DNA of 47,469 bases from Candidatus Buchananbacteria bacterium (GTDB taxonomy: Bacteria; Patescibacteriota; Patescibacteriia; Buchananbacterales; UBA6539). The DNA lies in NCBI GenBank assembly GCA_013359225.1, contig JABWCG010000002.1, positions 1-47,469 on the forward strand. The letters run 5' to 3'. Under the pieces are notes generated by a model. It did no database searches and had not been told where the DNA came from. It was given only the letters and a program-made list of their open reading frames with translations. Each line of letters begins with the position of its first letter. Positions within the stretch are counted from its first letter, which is position 1. Both the position numbers and the translations under genes were made by a program. Below are positions 34,281-42,266 of this stretch, in pieces.

Positions 34281-35507
34281 ATGTTGTTGTCTGATCTGTT
34301 TCAAGAAACTTATTTTTCTTTGAATGCTAACAAATCAAGAAGCGTTTTGACGATTTTGGGCATTGTTATTGGCATTGGTTCGGTAATAACTATGATCAGC
34401 GTTGGGCAGGGGGCAACTTCCAGTATTCAGACTAACATCCAATCGTTGGGAACTAATTTACTAGTGGTGACACCCGGTTCGCAGCAAGGTCCTGGTATGG
34501 TGGTGCGCGGTGGTTTTGGCACCGCCACAACCTTGACGCTTGAAGACTCGGAAGCGATTGAAAGTGGCATTAGTGACATTGAAACGGTTGCACCAGCTAC
34601 CAGTAGTCGTAAACAGATTACGACGACTAAAGGAACTAATACCAACACCAGCGTGTATGGTGTCACTGGTGCATATCAATCAGTTAAAAATGTTGAAATT
34701 GAGTTAGGGTCGTTTATTAGCGATCAGCACGTGGCCAACATCTCTAAAGTAGTAGTATTAGGGCCGACGACTCGCGATGATTTGTTTGGCGATAATGTGG
34801 ACGCAGTCGGACAAAAAATTCGGATTGAGGGGTTGGAGTTTACCGTTATTGGTATTACGGTGTCCAAGGGTGGCACCGGTTTTGGCAGTGCTGACGATTT
34901 GATGTATATTCCGATTTCTACAGCCCAAAAATATGTTACCGGCAGTGATGGTGTTTCTAGCATCAATGTCCAGGTTACAAGAGAAGATTTAATGACTCAG
35001 GTTCAGGCTGAAATTACGAATTTGTTATTAGTGCGGCATAAAATTTCTGATGCGACCCAAGCTGATTTCTCCATCGTTAATCAGGCAGATGTTTTAGGGG
35101 CTTTGAGTTCAGTTACCGGAACATTAACGTTGTTACTTGGGGCAATCGCCGGCATCTCTTTATTGGTGGGCGGTATTGGCATTATGAATATGATGTTAAC
35201 AACAGTTACAGAACGCACGCGTGAGATTGGTTTACGAAAATCACTTGGCGCTAAAAATCGAGATATCAGCTGGCAATTTTTGGCCGAGTCGGTGGCGCTG
35301 ACTTTTATAGGTGGTGTTATCGGCGTTGCTTTAGGTTGGTTGGCGGCATATGCCGTTGAACAATTCAGCGGCACCGCTACAGTGGTAACGCTGTCTTCGG
35401 TTGTTTTGGCGTTTGGTGTTTCAGCCGCAATCGGCATTGTCTTTGGATATTATCCGGCCCGTCGGGCGGCAAAGTTAAACCCCATCGATGCTTTGCGATA
35501 TGAATAA
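34281..35507 (+). CDS. MacB/FtsX-family ABC transporter permease
   Basis: TM1, a large extracytoplasmic MacB_PCD-like domain and 3 C-terminal TMs, with the TERTREIGLRKSLGA motif. Confidence 0.9.
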   Translation: MLLSDLFQETYFSLNANKSRSVLTILGIVIGIGSVITMISVGQGATSSIQTNIQSLGTNLLVVTPGSQQGPGMVVRGGFGTATTLTLEDSEAIESGISDIETVAPATSSRKQITTTKGTNTNTSVYGVTGAYQSVKNVEIELGSFISDQHVANISKVVVLGPTTRDDLFGDNVDAVGQKIRIEGLEFTVIGITVSKGGTGFGSADDLMYIPISTAQKYVTGSDGVSSINVQVTREDLMTQVQAEITNLLLVRHKISDATQADFSIVNQADVLGALSSVTGTLTLLLGAIAGISLLVGGIGIMNMMLTTVTERTREIGLRKSLGAKNRDISWQFLAESVALTFIGGVIGVALGWLAAYAVEQFSGTATVVTLSSVVLAFGVSAAIGIVFGYYPARRAAKLNPIDALRYE

Positions 35508-35537
35508 ATATTTTAACTAGTTTAATCAAAATAATTT

Positions 35538-36170
35538 ATGAGATCATTATATGTGATTATGGTCCTTTCAGTGGTGTTGGCTGGGTGTGTTGCTAATCAG
35601 AATAAAAGCGACATTGCTCGCACGTTAACTAATCAAGATCAGGCCGAGGTTAACGCCGACGGACAGTCACCAAAGCTTAATGATAATTTTTTAGTTGCCA
35701 GCACGACTGATTTGCTTTTGGGAACAAAAGTTATGGTCATGGGTTCTGATGACGCAACGGGGGCTATTGCAGCTGGTCGAATTATTATTGGTAACGCCGA
35801 TACTAATTTTGATGAATTTATTTCCGGTACTATGATGGCCGGTCCGCGGCCGGAAGGTCAACTAAAAGATCAAGATAATAATCAGGATGCTAACGTTACA
35901 CCGCCAGTCGATGATGCTACACCAAGAATGGGTCTGCCGGAGGGTTTTAAAAATATGACGGATGAACAGCGCGCCCAGATGCGCGCTCGATTTGAGCAGT
36001 CTGGTGGCACCGCTTCGGGCCAGGCCCGCCGGGCTGGGGGTATGGCCGTTACGCGGGCGGTGGGGCAGATTATGAAGGTTGATGAAACCAGTTTAACAAT
36101 TAAACTTGATGATGGTGGTTCGAAATTGATATTTATTTCTGGGACAACCACTATATTAAAAATAAAATAA
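35538..36170 (+). CDS. Putative lipoprotein, unknown function
   Basis: Lipobox VVLAGC after a signal peptide. Last gene of the ABC cluster. Confidence 0.6.
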   Translation: MRSLYVIMVLSVVLAGCVANQNKSDIARTLTNQDQAEVNADGQSPKLNDNFLVASTTDLLLGTKVMVMGSDDATGAIAAGRIIIGNADTNFDEFISGTMMAGPRPEGQLKDQDNNQDANVTPPVDDATPRMGLPEGFKNMTDEQRAQMRARFEQSGGTASGQARRAGGMAVTRAVGQIMKVDETSLTIKLDDGGSKLIFISGTTTILKIK

Positions 36171-36219
36171 TTATAAAAAATAAAACTAGCACCAATAAAA
36201 AGGGGCTAGTTTTATTTTT

Positions 36220-36579
36220 TTAATTTGCGCCGGTTGCTGATATGAGTTGATTGATAACGAAGCTGGCGAGAGCGTAGGCGCTAAAGACAATAATCATGCC
36301 AATGACGCCGGCGGCAATCGCCGCGCGGCCGTTACTGTTTTTCTTTTGATCGCCACCTGACAACATAATTAAAAATCCGCCAAAGACAATGCCGGCAATC
36401 GCCAGGACTCCCAAAAAACCAAACAGGACTCGGACAATGCTCATGATGCTTTCGCGCAGGTCTTTGGTGCCAAGTCCGGTCTGGGCGCCATACTGCAGAC
36501 CGGTGTCTAGCGCTAGGGCAGGGGAGCTAATCAAGCTGATTAATAAAACAAATAGTAAACTTGGTAGTATAATTCTCAT
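36220..36579 (-). CDS. Small secreted two-TM protein with VirB2/TrbC (T4SS pilin)-like architecture
   Basis: Signal peptide ending PALA, followed by two long hydrophobic helices separated by the charged loop GGDQKKNSNGR. 119 aa. Confidence 0.45.
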   Translation of the reverse strand: MRIILPSLLFVLLISLISSPALALDTGLQYGAQTGLGTKDLRESIMSIVRVLFGFLGVLAIAGIVFGGFLIMLSGGDQKKNSNGRAAIAAGVIGMIIVFSAYALASFVINQLISATGAN

Positions 36580-36580
36580 A

Positions 36581-36754
36581 TTATTTAGTGACAGCCTCTT
36601 CTCGTTTAGCCTTTAATTTTTTTATCCGATTGTCTGATAGGGATGCCCAGGCCAAGACGCCAATGGCTGTTGAAAGTGCTTGTTTTTCTGCAGGGCTAAG
36701 CGCGGGGTTTTCTAAGAGATCGACAAGAATTGTTGCTGCTTTTTTATACTCCAT
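36581..36754 (-). CDS. Hypothetical 57-aa protein
   Basis: The start MEYKK lies 3 nt after the upstream stop (36757). The longer track start would overlap the upstream gene. Confidence 0.4.
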   Translation of the reverse strand: MEYKKAATILVDLLENPALSPAEKQALSTAIGVLAWASLSDNRIKKLKAKREEAVTK

Positions 36755-36756
36755 AG

Positions 36757-37233
36757 TTATAGTGCTTCTGCATTTCCGGCGTTTGGGTTTGGATCGTTTG
36801 GGTCTGGACATTCGCCGTCGAAGTTAGATTGAGCATTACAAAGTGTTCCGTCAATTCTTTTGCACATGGGAGTTTGTGTCCCAACGCCCTTAACCTGTCC
36901 GCCGGTAATAGCACAAAAAATTTCGGCCTCATTTTCGTAGCCAGTAATTTTAACGCCGCCGACCGGGCAGTTGCCTCGTAGCAGTGCCCACTCCTCACAT
37001 TGTCGATTATCATCAAAAAGACAAACACCATATTCGCCATTTTTGTTTTTTTTAATTTCCAGCCGTCCGCCTTTTTGTAGGCAGTTAGTTGAAGCGGGGT
37101 TGGCTTGGTTTACTACCAGCGGAGGCTGTTCGTTGGTGGTAAACGCCTCCGTCTTGGTGGGGGTAGAGGGGCTCTGACAGCCGGCTAGTATTAATGTTAA
37201 ACTCACCCCAAAAATTAGAAACATTTTTTTCAT
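36757..37233 (-). CDS. DUF333-type lipoprotein (two Cys-rich repeats)
   Basis: Lipobox ILAGC. NPASTNCLQKGGRLE...GVCLFDDNRQCEEWALLRGNCP matches the DUF333 pattern, with a second degenerate copy. Start set at MKKMFLIF. Confidence 0.65.
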   Translation of the reverse strand: MKKMFLIFGVSLTLILAGCQSPSTPTKTEAFTTNEQPPLVVNQANPASTNCLQKGGRLEIKKNKNGEYGVCLFDDNRQCEEWALLRGNCPVGGVKITGYENEAEIFCAITGGQVKGVGTQTPMCKRIDGTLCNAQSNFDGECPDPNDPNPNAGNAEAL

Positions 37234-37311
37234 ATTGGCAATAATCCTTATGAAAATTGTGATTAAAGTTATCAATTAAATTAATTGTATCACTTTTAGG
37301 TATTGTGTGAA

Positions 37312-37352
37312 ACAAAAAACCAGCGTATCAACGCTAGTTTTTGAGGGGGGGG
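37312..37352. repeat. Terminator-module repeat, copy A (downstream of TerC)
   Basis: ACAAAAAACCAGCGtatcAACGCTagTTTTTGAGGGGGGGG. See copy B at 38481-38530. Confidence 0.7.
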
Positions 37353-37382
37353 TATTGATCCGAAGAGTAAGTCGTCCATTAT

Positions 37383-38315
37383 TTATTGCATGATTTTATA
37401 TTTTTTTGGTAGCAGTAGTGAGGCTATTATTGATAAGGTAAGCACTCCGATGATTACACTAAATGATGCTAGCGATGAGATGTGTATGTCAAATATTCCG
37501 GAAAGCATTTTTAGGCCAATAAAAAATAAAATTAAAGCCAGCCCTTTTTGCAAGTGATGGAAAATATGCAAAATGTTTTCTATTAAAAAAAATAAGGCCC
37601 GTAATCCCATGATAGCAAAAATATTTGAAGTATAAACAACAAATAAACTCTGGGAAATAGCAAATACGGCTGGTATTGAATCAACTGCAAAAATGATGTC
37701 AGATGTCTCAATCAGCAAAATGGCAAGAAATAATGAGGTGACATAAATTTTGCCGTTTTCTTTCAGGAAGAATTTACCGTTGTGATGATTGGCTGTGATT
37801 GGTAATATTTTTTTAGCAATTTTTATCACTCGGTTTTTATTGAAATCAATATGTTCTTCTTTTTTTGCCCTTATAATTTTTATACCTGTATAAATTAAAA
37901 TAATCCCAAAAACATAAAGTATCCAATGGAACTGGTTAACGATGTAAGCGCCGGCACCGATAAAAATGCCACGAAAGACAATCGCTCCCATAATTCCCCA
38001 AAATAGCACCCGATGATGATATTTTTCTTCTAATTTAAAATAATTTAAAATGAGGAGTATCACAAATAAATTATCTACTGATAGCATTTTTTCCGTGATA
38101 TAAGCGCTCATAAATTCCGCGGCCAATTCTCGACTCATGAATAAGAAAATTAGAAAAGCAAAGGCAAAAGAAATGGCAATCCAAAAAATTGATAACCACA
38201 GGGCCTCTTTAAACTCTATTTTATGGCTTTTTCGGTTAAAATAACCAAGGTCAATTGCCAAAAAACCAAGAATTATGACGCTAAATATTATTAGAAGGTA
38301 GGTTTGAGCTTGCAT
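37383..38315 (-). CDS. TerC-family integral membrane protein
   Basis: LSVDNLFVILLIL and AVDSIPAVFAIS, the paired TerC signature helices. About 8-9 TM segments. Confidence 0.85.
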   Translation of the reverse strand: MQAQTYLLIIFSVIILGFLAIDLGYFNRKSHKIEFKEALWLSIFWIAISFAFAFLIFLFMSRELAAEFMSAYITEKMLSVDNLFVILLILNYFKLEEKYHHRVLFWGIMGAIVFRGIFIGAGAYIVNQFHWILYVFGIILIYTGIKIIRAKKEEHIDFNKNRVIKIAKKILPITANHHNGKFFLKENGKIYVTSLFLAILLIETSDIIFAVDSIPAVFAISQSLFVVYTSNIFAIMGLRALFFLIENILHIFHHLQKGLALILFFIGLKMLSGIFDIHISSLASFSVIIGVLTLSIIASLLLPKKYKIMQ

Positions 38316-38432
38316 AAATTTTATAAAAAAATAAAACCGACGAATGCCGGTTATAATTGATACTGTTTTGTTGCTTCAAGATACTCTTTTCCAGAGATCT
38401 ATTATTTTGCTGCTTTGCACAGTACCCAAGGC
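38316..38432 (-). promoter_or_regulatory. Structured 5' leader of TerC ending in a terminator-like hairpin (candidate riboswitch/attenuator)
   Basis: Closing stem 38419-38425/38360-38366. Bulged hairpin at 38379-38400. AACCG...CGGTT hairpin plus a U-run (38323-38352) about 10 nt before the ATG. Confidence 0.4.
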
Positions 38433-38438
38433 TTTTTT

Positions 38439-38467
38439 ATTATAATCGTTTTTTCAAAAGTAGGCAA
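38439..38467 (-). promoter_or_regulatory. Sigma70-type promoter of TerC
   Basis: On the minus strand: TTGCCT, a 17-nt spacer, then a perfect TATAAT. Confidence 0.55.
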
Positions 38468-38480
38468 GTTTGATTTGGGT

Positions 38481-38530
38481 ACAAAAAACCAGCGCTTGAA
38501 CGCTGATTTTTTGATGGGGTCGGGAAGGGG
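38481..38530. repeat. Terminator-module repeat, copy B (upstream of the TerC promoter)
   Basis: ACAAAAAACCAGCGcttgAACGCTgaTTTTTTGATGGGGTCGGGAAGGGG. It shares the first 14 nt, the AACGCT arm, the T-run and the G-rich tail with copy A. Confidence 0.7.
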
Positions 38531-38659
38531 ATGACGTTAGAATTAGATTATGTGATGTCATTGGGAGATTAAAGTCAGCTTTTAATGGTTTAAACCATTT
38601 TTTTATTCCAAATTATTCTCGTTAAAACAATGTTGCGAGAACTCTTTTAGGGTTTAGCA

Positions 38660-38688
38660 TTGACAATAACAAATTTTTATGTTAGTAT
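38660..38688 (+). promoter_or_regulatory. Extended -10 promoter, near-twin of the one at 26827
   Basis: TTGACA (38660-38665), a 17-nt spacer ending TGT, then TAGTAT (38683-38688). Confidence 0.5.
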
Positions 38689-38774
38689 TGAACGTTAACT
38701 GATTGGCAGTTAACTCTCACGCACGTGGGAATATCCAGTAGCTCGGATGAGCTCAAAGAACGGAGGTTCAGGAT

Positions 38775-39197
38775 ATGACTCTTCAAGGAATGAGACGGAT
38801 GTTGAGAGATTTTCCTTGGCTGTGGTCATTGGGAAGTAGTTGGGACTACCGAAAGGTGGAGATGACTGTTTTCTCTCACTGGGAGGATGTTCATCTGTTG
38901 TTTCACAAAGCAGTCTTCGAGCTAACCAGGAGCGTTAAGGTGTTTATTCAGGTTACAACTTCTGACAGCGTTGAACGGTTAATCCCTATAAAGGACGATG
39001 AACCGCCCCGCTGGCCTGAATGTGAAGCCAGAAACTATCAGCGTGCAATACTAGACGCAGCACCCCAAGATTCCCAAATCAACTACCTGGTTATCGTTCG
39101 CACCTCACGTCATAAGGGGATTAGAACTTTCGAAATTTGGCGGCCACCGTCTGGCTACCATTGCTTTCGAGAATATGCCGAGAAAGAACCCTACTGA
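38775..39197 (+). CDS. Hypothetical protein (140 aa), GC-rich orphan
   Basis: GGAGG lies 8 nt upstream. The leader contains the hairpin GTTAACTG...CAGTTAAC. No recognisable family. Confidence 0.5.
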   Translation: MTLQGMRRMLRDFPWLWSLGSSWDYRKVEMTVFSHWEDVHLLFHKAVFELTRSVKVFIQVTTSDSVERLIPIKDDEPPRWPECEARNYQRAILDAAPQDSQINYLVIVRTSRHKGIRTFEIWRPPSGYHCFREYAEKEPY

Positions 39198-39357
39198 CAT
39201 AACCGAGGCTTAGCCCACCTCCAGAAACGGGCTTCTTTTTTATTATAAATCATCATTATCTACGAATATTAGTAGGTGCTAATCTTTGATTTGCAATTTT
39301 GCTTTGATTTTGTTAAGATTGTTTTCCGCATGTTAGTTTTTGTGTCATAATATAAAT

Positions 39358-39786
39358 ATGGGCAAAAAAACCGTTACTTTGGCATTAATTACGGAGGTGG
39401 CAGCGTTTAATGTTTTTGTTTTGCCATTATCAATCTCTTATTTAAAAGAACCGTATACAGGAGGTTTTTTATCGCGTATTTATATCGTGTCCTTGGCAAC
39501 CATTGTAGGCATCGGGGCTATATATAAGTACTTCGGTCCATGGTTAGAGGAATATCACAAGAATAATTTTTTTACGAAACTTATGAAAATTAATTTTAAT
39601 CCCAAAGAAATTATGGGGTTAAAAAATAACGATTGTATTCATTATATAAAAATTTTTGCGGCTTTAAATTTATTTGTTTTCCCAGTTCTTAATTTATTCA
39701 AGGTAATAATAATAAAGATTGACGATTTACTGTCGGCTTTATTAATTAATAATAAATATTATGCCAGACGAGGTAAAGAAAACTAA
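39358..39786 (+). CDS. Hypothetical membrane protein (142 aa)
   Basis: Three or four hydrophobic segments. AT-rich. ATG 39358 lies 7 nt after a TGTCATAAT extended -10-like box. Confidence 0.5.
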   Translation: MGKKTVTLALITEVAAFNVFVLPLSISYLKEPYTGGFLSRIYIVSLATIVGIGAIYKYFGPWLEEYHKNNFFTKLMKINFNPKEIMGLKNNDCIHYIKIFAALNLFVFPVLNLFKVIIIKIDDLLSALLINNKYYARRGKEN

Positions 39787-40600
39787 AGATGGAATTATTG
39801 CTATTCTAGGACTTACCATCACTATTATTGGTGTTCTTTATATTATTTTTTCGAAACAGCCAGCGTTTGAACCGAATATAACTGTAAATACCAATGAGGA
39901 CATTGCAGTCACACCAGACATTGATAAACCTCAGCCGCCAGACTTGGGTGGCGGTGAGACATTATTGACTACTGGTAATTTATTAGAGTCTAGGGGTGAT
40001 TATATTCCTTCTCCAGAAGTTTACACTTCAAATTATGATAAAGAGTCTATTAAGTTAGCATTGAATGGCAAATTTAAAGTCGCTCAACTTGAGGTGGAAG
40101 GTCAGGTGTTAGGTGAAGGAAGACATTTTATTTCTTTTAGTTTTGATAATATCAGTGGCGTGCTGAATGCAGTTAGGAAAGATGAAAATCAATTGGATTT
40201 AGCGGAAACAAAAAAAATAGGAGGAATATTTGTGAAAGATGTTCCGATAAAATTCGTGGTGGATTTAAAAAACCGCATCACTCTAGCAACCACGAAAGAA
40301 GAATTTGAAAAAGACAGGAACCCAACAAGAGATGTTATTCTATGGGACCAAATCAAATTGCAACCCCCAACGGTAGTTCGATTTTTATTCGCCCCATTTA
40401 ATGAATACGGCCAGTATGGTGGTGTCAAAATAACAAGTATAAAATTTAACTATTTATGTGAAGATAACAGTGAATGTAGTGCTAAGTATTGCGGCATATC
40501 TGAAAAATATACTCAGTGTTTACAAGAGAGCTTTGGACATGAAGCAGCTGTTGATTGGTGCCAAAGGGCAGCGCTTAAGGAATGCGAAAATTTTCAGTAG
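39761..40600 (+). CDS. Hypothetical N-terminally anchored extracytoplasmic protein with a Cys-rich C-terminus
   Basis: One TM (IIAILGLTITIIGVLYIIF). Six Cys in the last ~45 aa. Overlaps the upstream ORF by 26 nt. Confidence 0.55.
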   Translation: MPDEVKKTKDGIIAILGLTITIIGVLYIIFSKQPAFEPNITVNTNEDIAVTPDIDKPQPPDLGGGETLLTTGNLLESRGDYIPSPEVYTSNYDKESIKLALNGKFKVAQLEVEGQVLGEGRHFISFSFDNISGVLNAVRKDENQLDLAETKKIGGIFVKDVPIKFVVDLKNRITLATTKEEFEKDRNPTRDVILWDQIKLQPPTVVRFLFAPFNEYGQYGGVKITSIKFNYLCEDNSECSAKYCGISEKYTQCLQESFGHEAAVDWCQRAALKECENFQ

Positions 40601-40733
40601 TTCAATATAGTACGAGAAAGGCTTAATCTTAAATTATGCTAATGCTCCCTTGGTTTTCAGGGAGCATTTAATTAAGTGTTTTCATCTAGGTGTTGTGAGC
40701 ATAATGAAAGCTGTTTTATGAAAATTAATAAAC

Positions 40734-41738
40734 ATGAATTTAAAATTTTCACCATTAACTTATTTTCGTAGCCTGAAGAGTGATAGGCCTGCTGGGTTGA
40801 TTAACCTGATTAAAGGTTATTCAACTTATTTGGAAAACAATAAAATAAACCAGAGAACATTAATTAATTATATAGGTTCTTTAAAAAAATTTTATCAGTT
40901 TATTGGTGATATTGAGGTGAAAAAAATTTCTGATGAAATGATTAATAAGGAGTTTATTAGCCATTTAAGAGAGTTGCAGGGTTTGTCGCTATCTACCGCA
41001 ATGATGACACTTCAACACTTGAGGTATTTTTTTCAATATTTAGAAAATATTAATATCGAATCACTGAACTCCGATAAAATTATTGATAAAAAAATAAATA
41101 ACACTATTCTTAAGGAACACCGTACATCTTATCATCGTGACTTCTTAGAAGATGAGGAGCTTGAAGCGTTATTAAATTATTGGAGAAACTCTGAACATGG
41201 GGTTAATCCTAGGATGATGAGAAATCAATTGATAATACAAATTTTAGCTGATACTGGCATGACCGTGCATGAAATGACACTACTTTTTAGAGATAACGTT
41301 GACCTTAAGAAGGGGACAATCAATATTCAGTATAAAAATAGTAAATATTATTATAAGAATCGAGAACTTGATTTGCCACGAGCGACGCTAGGATTGTTAG
41401 AAAAATATTTTGATTTGCGGAAAGACAGGTGTCAATGCTTAGTAGTTGCTTTTAAGCCACAAAACGAATTTATCGTTGAGGCCTGGCCGCTAACCGAGAG
41501 GAGTATTCAGAGGATTGTAGTTGATACGTTAAAAAACGTTGGCATTAATAAGAAAATTACTCCATCAGTATTCAGGAATACAAAATTTTTAGATTTGTAT
41601 AAACGTGAGGTTAGAGTAAGCGAAATTAAGCGGTTGATGGGGATTAATCCTTCGTCAACTAGTTATTTTAGGTATATAAGAAATTATAAACATAAAAATT
41701 ATAGGTACAATCTACCTTTTAAAGAAAGTAATGATTGA
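40734..41738 (+). CDS. Tyrosine-recombinase (XerC/D/phage integrase) homologue with a degenerate catalytic set
   Basis: SAM-like N-domain (INYIGSLKKFYQFIG). Box I reads TGMTVHEM instead of TGxRxxE. Box II reads PSVFRNTKF instead of PHxLRHxFA. The tail reads GINPSSTSYFRY. Confidence 0.7.
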   Translation: MNLKFSPLTYFRSLKSDRPAGLINLIKGYSTYLENNKINQRTLINYIGSLKKFYQFIGDIEVKKISDEMINKEFISHLRELQGLSLSTAMMTLQHLRYFFQYLENINIESLNSDKIIDKKINNTILKEHRTSYHRDFLEDEELEALLNYWRNSEHGVNPRMMRNQLIIQILADTGMTVHEMTLLFRDNVDLKKGTINIQYKNSKYYYKNRELDLPRATLGLLEKYFDLRKDRCQCLVVAFKPQNEFIVEAWPLTERSIQRIVVDTLKNVGINKKITPSVFRNTKFLDLYKREVRVSEIKRLMGINPSSTSYFRYIRNYKHKNYRYNLPFKESND

Positions 41739-41879
41739 CTGTTAATTGTGTTAACACTTTTTAAGAATGTTTATGCCATTTGTGGATAAGTTTACTTTTT
41801 ATCTTATTTTAGCTGAGAAAAAAACAAATTATTTTTTTAAAATGTTATAATCTAATATATAATAATATAGGCTGAAATC

Positions 41880-41907
41880 TTGACGCTTTTTTAATATCGG
41901 TTAGAAT
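41880..41907 (+). promoter_or_regulatory. Sigma70-type promoter
   Basis: TTGACG (41880-41885), a 16-nt spacer, then TAGAAT (41902-41907). Confidence 0.45.
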
Positions 41908-41968
41908 AATATTGTTCCTACTTAGCCTAAAATATTGATTTAATCTCGGTGCCGTGAAGTGCTAAGTT

Positions 41969-42019
41969 GCCCGAGACGACCTTCTCAGTTTTTCTGGGTG
42001 GGTTGTCTCGGGCTTTTTG
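41969..42019 (+). terminator. Strong intrinsic terminator/attenuator inside the leader of ORF 42078
   Basis: 13-bp stem GCCCGAGACGACC/GGTTGTCTCGGGC (one G-U pair) followed by TTTTT. Confidence 0.65.
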
Positions 42020-42077
42020 TATACCGTGGAGAGTCAAAAGCTGTTGATTCATCTCCACGGGTCGACAGCTTTTAACT

Positions 42078-42266
42078 ATGCTTTCCGAAATCGCAATAAA
42101 GGAATTTGTAGCAATTTACTACAAGAGATATGGTGTAACTTTAACCCAAGAACAGGCTAGAGAAGCAGCTTTTAAGTTGTTGAATATGTTTCAGGTAATC
42201 TACAGGCCGATTGGAAAAGATGGTGTTAAGTTAGTTAACACCAAAGAAAGCGATGGTTCATCATAA
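42078..42266 (+). CDS. Hypothetical 62-aa protein
   Basis: ORF only. No SD and no family recognised. Confidence 0.35.
   Translation: MLSEIAIKEFVAIYYKRYGVTLTQEQAREAAFKLLNMFQVIYRPIGKDGVKLVNTKESDGSS

Noticed and set aside
36588-37040. Alternative-frame or antisense ORFs (36588-36827 plus strand, 36744-37040 minus strand) over the lipoprotein cluster.
   Set aside because: They overlap the DUF333 lipoprotein and the 57-aa gene, which have coherent signal, lipobox and family features and tight start/stop coupling.
38505-38535. GATGGGGTCGGGAAGGGGATGACG, considered as a possible duplicated copy (attL) of the tRNA-His 3' end.
   Set aside because: It shares only the TGGGGT hexamer with CTGGGGTGGCATACGGGAATCG. 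The similarity is too weak, and serine integrases do not generate long direct repeats anyway.
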